Below, piece by piece: positions 57,076 to 64,000 of a stretch of DNA of 64,000 bases. Below the pieces are notes generated by a model. It was not told the DNA's origin, did not search any database, and was given only the letters and a program-made list of their open reading frames with translations. Location of the stretch: assembly GCF_028435265.1 (NCBI RefSeq), contig NZ_JAGTJK010000012.1, forward strand, positions 38,900 through 102,899, given 5' to 3'. A program made the translations under genes and the position numbers. Within the stretch, counting starts at the first letter, position 1; the number at the start of each line of letters is the position of its first letter. Source of the DNA: Polyangium jinanense. GTDB lineage: Bacteria > Myxococcota_A > Polyangia > Polyangiales > Polyangiaceae.

Positions 57076-57822
57076 GTGGATTCAGGGCAGGATCGTCGCA
57101 TTCCGATGCTCGTGTCGCTGGAGGAGGCGGCCTCGGGCGCGAGCAAGGTGATCAAGGCGACGTTCGAGGCGCGCTGCGCGGCCTGCAAAGGGAGCGGCGT
57201 TTTTCAGAGCGCTCTGCCCGGCGTTTCGTGTCCCGTATGTCTGGGCAAACAGCGGGTTTTGCAGGAACGAACGCTGACGGTGAAGGTGCCGGCGGGGATC
57301 GACGACGGGCAGATCCTCAGGCTCGCGGGGCAGGGGGACGAGGCGTCGCTCGGCGTCGGGCGGCCCGGAGATTTGATGATCGAGGTGATCGTGGCGCCGC
57401 ACCCGCGCCTGCGTCGCGAGGGCGTGGATCTGTTCGTCGAGGTGCGGATCGACGCGGAGACCGCGCGGCGCGGGGGGCGCGTGAAAGTGCCGGTGCTCGA
57501 CGGCGAGCGGACGGTCATGGTGCCCCGAGGGACGGTGACCGGGGCCGAGCTGCGGCTCGCCGGGTTTGGCGCCGTGCGCCTCGGCGCCGAGGCCGTGCCC
57601 ATTCCCGCGGAGGTAACGGCCGATCCCTATCGTTCACGGAGCGTCGGGGACCACCGCGGTGACCAGATTGTCACGTTCGTCGTGGGGGAGTCTTTCGTGG
57701 ACGGGAAGGACGAGGCGTTCGAGGTGCGACAAGCCGCACGGAACACGGGGCTCTTTCGGACCGTGCTGCTCGCCGCGGCGCTGATCGCGGCGGTGATCGG
57801 GGCGCTCGTCCTCGGGCGCTAG
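57076..57822 (+). CDS. DnaJ C-terminal domain protein (CxxCxGxG zinc finger plus DnaJ CTD beta-domains, C-terminal TM helix; no J domain)
   Basis: CAACKGSG and CPVCLGKQ zinc-finger motifs, then GQILRLAGQGDEA…GRPGDLMIEV…VDLFVEVRIDAETARRGGRVKVPVLDG, which is typical of the DnaJ/CbpA CTD. It has a GTG start and a G/F-like sequence directly upstream in frame. Confidence 0.6.
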   Translation: MDSGQDRRIPMLVSLEEAASGASKVIKATFEARCAACKGSGVFQSALPGVSCPVCLGKQRVLQERTLTVKVPAGIDDGQILRLAGQGDEASLGVGRPGDLMIEVIVAPHPRLRREGVDLFVEVRIDAETARRGGRVKVPVLDGERTVMVPRGTVTGAELRLAGFGAVRLGAEAVPIPAEVTADPYRSRSVGDHRGDQIVTFVVGESFVDGKDEAFEVRQAARNTGLFRTVLLAAALIAAVIGALVLGR

Positions 57823-58037
57823 CGTCACCGGGGATCCACACGCGCGAGCACGGAAACGGCGGGGCGGGACACGCGTTCGGGCGAGCCTGGAACGGCTTCC
57901 CTTCCGTGCGGGATCGGGGTACAGGGGGTGTACGCGGCGCGACGAGCGCCCAATCCTTGTCCGATATCATCGAAACAATACATCGCTCGCGGCGTCTGCC
58001 TGCGGGATCACCACGAAGATTCTGGCGTGGAGGAATC

Positions 58038-61000
58038 ATGAAGCGCTCTGCTCGATATGCCACGGCTCTCATCACGCTGCTCGCCGGCTCCGCGGCGCGC
58101 GCGGGTGACATGGATCTGCCGAATTACCATGCGTACGACGACGCCCCCGCCGTCGCGGTGAGCCCACTGCAAAGCCTGCACGAGACCGGCGTCGGCGGCG
58201 TGACGGGCGTGGACGAGAAGCGCGGCGTGCCGACGTTTTTCTGGGCCCCGAAGGGCGGCTGGAAGGCGCCGGGCGCGCAGACGGCGACGCCCGCGGGGTC
58301 GGCGCGGCTCTACCTCGAGCACTACGCGTACCTCTACGGCGTCGGCAAGAAGGCGATCGACGCGGCCGTGCCCGTGGTGGTGAACGACGTGACGGGCGGG
58401 GGCATCATCGTGGTGTTCCGCCAGAACGTCGACGGGATCGAGGTCTTCCAGAACGACGTGAAGGTGCTGATGACGCAGAGCCGCGAGCTCGTGGCGATCG
58501 CCGGCAACCTGCACCCGTCGGCGACGCCGGGCATGAAGCGCGGCAAGAACTTCAAGCTCGATGCCTCCACGGCCGTCTCCCGCGCGTTCAACGATTTCTT
58601 CGCGACGAAGGTGCCCGCGAGCGCATTCAAGGACAAGAAGCAGCCCGAGCACGGTTATGCCTTCTACGACCTCGTCGATTCGCCCGAGACGGCGCACGTC
58701 GAGTTGACGCGCCCGGCGCGCATCAAGAAGGTCTATTTCCCGATGCCGGATCAGCTGGTGTCGGGGTATTACGTCGAGATCTGGGGCGGCCAGAAGGGCC
58801 TGCACAACGACGAGCTCTACGCGTACGTGATCGCCGCGGACGACGGGCGGTTGCTCATGCGCGCGGCTCGGACGAGCGACGCGGAGTTCAAGTACCGCGT
58901 CTGGTCCGACGGCGCGCCGAAGTACACGCCGACCGAGGGCCCGATGGCCGATTACGCGCCCCACCCGACGGGCACGCCCGACGGCTCGGCGCCGGCATTC
59001 ATCGCACCGACCCTGGTCACGATGGACGGCTTCAACACGAATCCGCAAGGAACGTTCGATCCGTGGCTGCCCGTGGGCGCGGAGGAGACCTCGGGCAACA
59101 ACGTCGACGCGTACGTCGATCACGAGGATCCGCAGGGCCTCTCCTCCGGTGAATATCGCGCCAACGTGACGGCGCCGGGCGTCTTCGATCGCGTCTACGA
59201 TACGGCGCAGAACCCCGACGTCACGCAGGATCAGGTGAAGGCGGCGATCACGCAGCTCTTCTTCCTGAACAACTACCTGCACGATTACTGGTACGACTCG
59301 GGCTTCAACGAGCAGGCCGGCAATGCGCAGGTGAACAACTACGGCCGCGGCGGCCTCGGCAACGACGCGATCCTGGCCGAGGCGCAGGACGGCTTCCACA
59401 ACGCGACGCCTTCGCTCGACAACGCGAACATGAGCACGCCGTCCGACGGCAGCCAGCCGCGAATGCAGATGTTCGTCTGGAGCGGCCCGCCGAACGCGAG
59501 CCTGACCGTGAACCCGGGCGGCGCGACGTATCCGACCGGCGTCGCGAGCTTCGGTCTGCAGACGTTCACCACGACGGCGGAGGTCGCGCTCGCGGTCGAC
59601 AACTCCACGGACACGACGAACCAGACCCCCGGCACGTTCAATGACGCCTGCCAGCCCCTCGTGGGCAATTACGCCGGGAAGATCGTGATCGCGGATCGCG
59701 GCTCGTGCGATTTCAACCTGAAGGCGTCGAACATCGAGGCCGCGGGCGCGGTGGGCGGGATCATCGCGAACCACCTGGCGCCCGGCCTGCCGCCGAGCCC
59801 CATGGGCGAATCGACCCCGCCCATCACCGTCGGCATCGGCGTGCTCGGCGTCACGAAGGACGTGGGCACGGCGCTGAAGGCGGCCATCGCGGCCGGCAGC
59901 CCGATCACGGCCACGATCTCCCGCGCGGACAACACGAAGCGCGACGGCACGATCGACAACGGCGTGGCCGCGCATGAGTGGGGTCACTACATCCACAACC
60001 GCCTCGTCGCGGTGGGCTCGATCCAGGCCCGCGGCATGGGCGAGGGCTGGGGCGATACCGTGGCGCTCCACATGCTCATTCGCGAGGGCGATGATCCGAA
60101 TGGCGTGTACGCGACAGCGGTGTACGGCGGCGCGACGTTCGGCGATAGCGCGTATTTCGGGATCCGGCGTTTCCCGTACACGACCGACTTCACGAAGAAC
60201 GCGCTCACGTTCAAGCACATCCAGGCCGGCGAGGCGCTCCCGACCGGTATGCCCACGCAGCCGCTCGCCGCCGAGAACGAAGAGGTGCACAACACCGGCG
60301 AGATCTGGGCGACGATGGTGCTCGAGGGGTATGCGAAGCTCCTCGAGGACGCGTACTCGGCGACGCCGCGGCACACGTTCGACCAGGCCAAGCGCAAGAT
60401 GGCCAATTACCTGACCGGCGGCATGCAGCTCGCCCCGGCGAACCCGACGTTCACCGAGCAGCGCGACGGCATCCTGGCGACGGCGATCGCGGCGAACGTG
60501 GAGGACTTCGAGGATCTCGCGACCGGCTTCGCCATCCGCGGCGCCGGCTCCTGCGCGATCTCGCCGCCGCGCAACTCCACCGACAACGTGGGCGTGACCG
60601 AGAGCTACGAGGCGGCGCCGCAGCCGGTGATTGTCTCTGTGAACATCGACGACAGCGTGCTGTCCTGCGACAACGACGGCGTCCTCGACAACAGCGAGAT
60701 CGGCAAGGTCACCGTCGAGGTGCGCAATCAGGGCTGGGGGCCGCTCGTCGGCGGCACGGTCACGGTGAGCTCGACGAACCCGAACGTGTCGTTCCCGAAC
60801 GGCGCGTCCGTGGCGCTGCCGGCGACGAACATCCTCGCCTCGAACACGACGACGCTGCAAATCGCGCTCGCGGATTCGGTCGCGGCAGTCACGGATCTGC
60901 AGCTCAAGGTCGATGTGGCCGCGCCCGGATCCTGCTCGCCGACGATCAGCAATTCGAGCGTGCGCAAGGCCCATTTCGACAGCATCCCGAACGTGGCGAC

Positions 61001-62375
61001 GCAGGAGCTCTGGGAGAGCAACCTCGAGACGTGGACGGCGAAGAACGCGTCGGGCCCGAGCAACAAGTGGGCGCGGATCCGGCCGCTCGCCACGTCGTCG
61101 AACGTGCTCGCCCACGGCGAGGCGACCGCGGGCATCTCCGACGAGCGGTACGAGTCGCCGGACTTCGTGGTGGGCAATGGCAACGTGACGATGTCGCTCG
61201 TGCACCGCTACCAGTTCGAGCGGAGCGGGACGCCGGCCACGAACTGGGACGGCGGCATCATCGAGCTGAGCCAGGACGGCGGCCAGACCTGGGTCAACAT
61301 CAACACGTACGCGAACCTCGGCGCGACCTACAATGGCACCATCGGCACCGCGGACGCCGGCAACCCGCTCGTAGGCCAGAAGGGCTTTACGGGGCAGAGC
61401 ACGGGTTTCACGAACGGTGCGAACGTCACGACGAGCATCAACCTCGGCAATCAGTTCGCCGGCAAGACCATCAAGATCCGCTTCCGCATCGGCACGGACG
61501 AGGCGGTCGGGACGCAGGGGTGGTTCATCGAGAGCCTGACCGTCAACGGCCTCGCGGCCCCGCCGTTCGGGAGCATCGTGTCGGATCAGGGCACTTGCGA
61601 CGATCCGAACCAGGCGCCGATCGCGATGGCCGGCCCGGATCAGATCGTGGCGAGCGGCGATACCGTGATGCTCGACGCGTCCGGGAGCTCGGATCCCGAT
61701 AACGATCCGCTCACGTTCGGCTGGACGCAGCAGGTCGGTCCGGGCGTGACGCTGGGCGCGGCGAACAGCGCGCATACGGACTTCGTCGCGCCAAACGTCG
61801 CGACGGAGACGCTGCTCACGTTCCAGGTGGCCGTGAATGACGGTCAAGCGTCGGCGACGGATACGGTGGACGTGCTCGTGCAACCGCCGGCCGGGACGAC
61901 CAGCTCGTCGAGCTCGACCGGTGTTGGCGGCATGGGCGGCGCCGGTGGTGCTGGCGGAATGGCTGGCGCCGGTGGAACGGGTGGCGCTGGCGGTGAAGGC
62001 GGCATGGGTACCGGCGGCATGGGCGGTGCTGGTGGCGCCGGTGGTGCCGGTGGCGTCGGCGGCACCGGTGGCGCTGGCGGCGAGGGCGGCGTCGGCGGCG
62101 GCATCAGCGCCGGTGGCGCTGGCGGCGAGGGTGGCGAGGGTGGCGAGGGTGGCGAGGGTGGCGAGGGTGGCGAGGGTGGCTCCGTCACCGCCGTCACCAC
62201 GGTCACCACGGGCGCTGGTGGCGGCGGCGGCGATGAGCCGGTCGTCGTCGGCGGTTGCGGCTGCTCGGTGCCGGGCGACGAGGCGCCGGCGCGCGGCGTG
62301 GGCGCCGTGGGCGGCTTCCTCGCGATGGTGGGCGCCTTCATGGCCAAGCGCCGCCGCAGCAGCAAGCGGTCCTGA
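58038..62375 (+). CDS. large secreted metallopeptidase: M36 (fungalysin)-like catalytic domain, inserted PA domain, Ig/PKD-like domain, Gly-rich repeat region, MYXO-CTERM-like sorting tail
   Basis: Start MKRSARYATALITLLAGSAARA with GGAGGAA. The zinc motif AAHEWGHYIHNRL (HExxH…NRL) is present, with a PA-like insert (GKIVIADRGSCDFNLKASNIEAAG). The C-terminus is GGCGCSVPG…GFLAMVGAFMAKRRRSSKRS. Confidence 0.75.
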   Translation: MKRSARYATALITLLAGSAARAGDMDLPNYHAYDDAPAVAVSPLQSLHETGVGGVTGVDEKRGVPTFFWAPKGGWKAPGAQTATPAGSARLYLEHYAYLYGVGKKAIDAAVPVVVNDVTGGGIIVVFRQNVDGIEVFQNDVKVLMTQSRELVAIAGNLHPSATPGMKRGKNFKLDASTAVSRAFNDFFATKVPASAFKDKKQPEHGYAFYDLVDSPETAHVELTRPARIKKVYFPMPDQLVSGYYVEIWGGQKGLHNDELYAYVIAADDGRLLMRAARTSDAEFKYRVWSDGAPKYTPTEGPMADYAPHPTGTPDGSAPAFIAPTLVTMDGFNTNPQGTFDPWLPVGAEETSGNNVDAYVDHEDPQGLSSGEYRANVTAPGVFDRVYDTAQNPDVTQDQVKAAITQLFFLNNYLHDYWYDSGFNEQAGNAQVNNYGRGGLGNDAILAEAQDGFHNATPSLDNANMSTPSDGSQPRMQMFVWSGPPNASLTVNPGGATYPTGVASFGLQTFTTTAEVALAVDNSTDTTNQTPGTFNDACQPLVGNYAGKIVIADRGSCDFNLKASNIEAAGAVGGIIANHLAPGLPPSPMGESTPPITVGIGVLGVTKDVGTALKAAIAAGSPITATISRADNTKRDGTIDNGVAAHEWGHYIHNRLVAVGSIQARGMGEGWGDTVALHMLIREGDDPNGVYATAVYGGATFGDSAYFGIRRFPYTTDFTKNALTFKHIQAGEALPTGMPTQPLAAENEEVHNTGEIWATMVLEGYAKLLEDAYSATPRHTFDQAKRKMANYLTGGMQLAPANPTFTEQRDGILATAIAANVEDFEDLATGFAIRGAGSCAISPPRNSTDNVGVTESYEAAPQPVIVSVNIDDSVLSCDNDGVLDNSEIGKVTVEVRNQGWGPLVGGTVTVSSTNPNVSFPNGASVALPATNILASNTTTLQIALADSVAAVTDLQLKVDVAAPGSCSPTISNSSVRKAHFDSIPNVATQELWESNLETWTAKNASGPSNKWARIRPLATSSNVLAHGEATAGISDERYESPDFVVGNGNVTMSLVHRYQFERSGTPATNWDGGIIELSQDGGQTWVNINTYANLGATYNGTIGTADAGNPLVGQKGFTGQSTGFTNGANVTTSINLGNQFAGKTIKIRFRIGTDEAVGTQGWFIESLTVNGLAAPPFGSIVSDQGTCDDPNQAPIAMAGPDQIVASGDTVMLDASGSSDPDNDPLTFGWTQQVGPGVTLGAANSAHTDFVAPNVATETLLTFQVAVNDGQASATDTVDVLVQPPAGTTSSSSSTGVGGMGGAGGAGGMAGAGGTGGAGGEGGMGTGGMGGAGGAGGAGGVGGTGGAGGEGGVGGGISAGGAGGEGGEGGEGGEGGEGGEGGSVTAVTTVTTGAGGGGGDEPVVVGGCGCSVPGDEAPARGVGAVGGFLAMVGAFMAKRRRSSKRS
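61900..62230 (+). repeat. Gly-codon tandem repeats ((ggcggtgctggcggc)n and (ggtggcgag)x6) encoding GGAGG/GGEGG repeats
   Basis: Seen in the sequence. 62128-62181 is six perfect 9-bp units. Confidence 0.85.
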
Positions 62376-62486
62376 GACCCGAACGGCCGAGGCGCGAGCC
62401 CCTCGCGCCCCGGAAAACCCGCCCGCGTTCGTCCTCGCGACGGCGCGGGCGGCGCCTTTTTGTGGGTTACACGATTCCGCGTCGCA

Positions 62487-63992
62487 TCAAGGCGCGGCCG
62501 GGCGGCGCGCGACGACCTCCAGCGCGCCCTCGAACGGCGCGCGCTGGGCCGCGAGGGCGCGGACGAGGTCGTTCATCGAGGGCAGGTCGTCGGCGACGAA
62601 GACGAATCGATACACGCCGGGGCTTTTTTGCGTCGAATAGACGAAGGCGCGCGTGCGCCGGGCCTCGGCGGTGATGGCGGCGACGGCGGCGGCGCCGATC
62701 GTGCCCTCGAAGCGGGCGAGGTCGGCAACCTCGGCGTGTGTCACGAAAAACGCGCCGCCCCAGTGCGGGCGCGAGGCGAAGAGGTTCAGGGTTTCGGGGG
62801 CGCGCATGGCGTCGGAGGCGGTGGAGCCGCCGAGCGAGGAGGCCATCGCGGCGCCGTCGAAGGCGTGGAAGGCCGGCCATAAGCCGGGGGCGACGACGGC
62901 GACGAGGGGCCGGGCGTGCGCGAGGGGCGGCAGGCCGTCGGGGAAGGCTTTGTGGACGGCGGCGAGGAAACCGGGGGCGAAGCCGGGGTCGTGCAGGCTC
63001 TTTCCTTCGGCGAGGCGGGCGTCGAGGAAGGGGAGCACGGCCTTGGCGACGCGGTCGATCGTGGGCTCGGCATAAAGGCCCATCGGCGCTTCGAGCTTTC
63101 TGGACAAACCCGGCGGATCGAGGCGCCCCATGGCCTTCGCGGTGCCGAGCGCGGTGGCGAGGGCTTCGTCGAGGACCGCATACGAGGCCGGGGCGAGCGG
63201 GTCGTTCGTCTCGACGAACGATCGGGAGAGGGCGGCGAGGCGCTCGTCGGTCGCGGCGGCGTGCAGGTGGTGGAGCATTTCGTGGACGACGACGGGGGCG
63301 CGGTCCTCGGGTTTTGCGCCGGCGGGCATCTCGATGACGGCATGGCCGCCGATCTGGCGGGCGGTGTCGACCGAGCGGTGGGCCGGGCGGGCCATGAGGT
63401 GGAAATGGAGCGGGGTGCCCTCGGGGAGGTCGGCCTTGTAAAACCCGACGAGCGCCTCGACGTGGCCCGTGAGTCCCTCGCGCTGGAAGAGGGCGGCGAG
63501 CTTCTCGGCGGATTCTTCGCAATGGGCGCGGCCCTCGCGTTCCCAGTATCGATCGAATCGAGGGCGGAAATGGTCGACGAGGGTCTGGGCGCGCTGCGCG
63601 TCGGTGGGTGTGGTGACGAGGCCGAGGTAACGGACGTGCTCGTCGGGCGTGCGAGCGACGAGGCCGGCGATGGAGAGGCGCGCGGCGACGGTGCGATCGG
63701 CGTGGGGCAAGGGGAGGGGCGCGGCGGGGGCGGGGGAGCGGAGCTCGATGCGGCCGTTCCAGGATTCGCGGATCTTGCGGAAGGCTTCGAGGGTGCGGCG
63801 ATCCGTGTCGTCCCAGCCGAGATCGTCCTGCCAGAGGGCCTCGTACGCGGCGCGGGAGCAAGGGTGCCGGCCGGCCATGCAATCGAGCTGGTAGACGAGG
63901 TTCGGGAGGGGATCGGCGTGGAAGACGAGGCGGAGCTTCGTGCCGCGGGCTTCCCGCTCGAACGAGGAGCTTTGCGTGGCCGCGGGCTTCAT
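62487..63992 (-). CDS. hypothetical protein with an HExxH motif (possible zincin-like metallopeptidase)
   Basis: 501-aa ORF carrying the motif VVVHEMLHHLHAA. The start lies 8 bp from the window edge, so the N-terminus is uncertain. Confidence 0.45.
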   Translation of the reverse strand: MKPAATQSSSFEREARGTKLRLVFHADPLPNLVYQLDCMAGRHPCSRAAYEALWQDDLGWDDTDRRTLEAFRKIRESWNGRIELRSPAPAAPLPLPHADRTVAARLSIAGLVARTPDEHVRYLGLVTTPTDAQRAQTLVDHFRPRFDRYWEREGRAHCEESAEKLAALFQREGLTGHVEALVGFYKADLPEGTPLHFHLMARPAHRSVDTARQIGGHAVIEMPAGAKPEDRAPVVVHEMLHHLHAAATDERLAALSRSFVETNDPLAPASYAVLDEALATALGTAKAMGRLDPPGLSRKLEAPMGLYAEPTIDRVAKAVLPFLDARLAEGKSLHDPGFAPGFLAAVHKAFPDGLPPLAHARPLVAVVAPGLWPAFHAFDGAAMASSLGGSTASDAMRAPETLNLFASRPHWGGAFFVTHAEVADLARFEGTIGAAAVAAITAEARRTRAFVYSTQKSPGVYRFVFVADDLPSMNDLVRALAAQRAPFEGALEVVARRPAAP

Positions 63993-64000
63993 GGCGTCCG

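Noticed and set aside
58008-63882. 1291-aa minus-strand ORF over the M36 protease gene, and 471-aa ORF 62467..63882 in an alternate frame of the HExxH protein
   Set aside because: They are antisense or alternate frames of motif-supported genes, and the translations are Arg/Pro-rich.

Overview
This is a high-GC (about 70%) bacterial chromosomal segment, most plausibly from a myxobacterium of the Sorangium/Polyangiaceae type. The evidence is a MYXO-CTERM-like C-terminus on a large secreted protease, many lipobox lipoproteins, and three large Ser/Thr-kinase–AAA–TPR (STAND-like) paralogs.

I count about 50 plausible protein-coding genes and found no rRNA, tRNA or CRISPR arrays. Recognisable products include:
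- beta-carbonic anhydrase, Lon protease, an MFS transporter, and DUF418 and DUF4336 (two tandem copies) proteins
- a TetR regulator and an ECF-sigma-like protein
- PhoD phosphatase, an OmpA-domain lipoprotein, and a beta-lactamase/DUF1343 (NamZ-like) fusion
- an M23 peptidase, an alanine-racemase-fold (DSD1) enzyme, a MutS-domain-V ATPase, an O-methyltransferase, a DnaJ C-terminal-domain protein, and an M36-like metalloprotease carrying PA, Ig-like and Gly-repeat segments.

The most striking gene is a clear bacterial homolog of the eukaryotic major vault protein. It sits in a same-strand cluster with a MutS-like ATPase, an O-methyltransferase, a secreted beta-rich protein and three tandem STAS-like small paralogs.

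Other notable structure:
- three tandem paralogous Cys-rich lipoproteins carrying perfect 15-bp (NALNV)n tandem repeats, sandwiched between two kinase paralogs
- a duplicated convergent-gene junction flanking a lipoprotein gene
- a 54-bp tandem duplication that doubles a start codon
- a duplicated promoter-plus-signal-peptide module of about 140 bp.

Many long ORFs in the six-frame track are antisense or alternate-frame artefacts of the high GC content and were not annotated.
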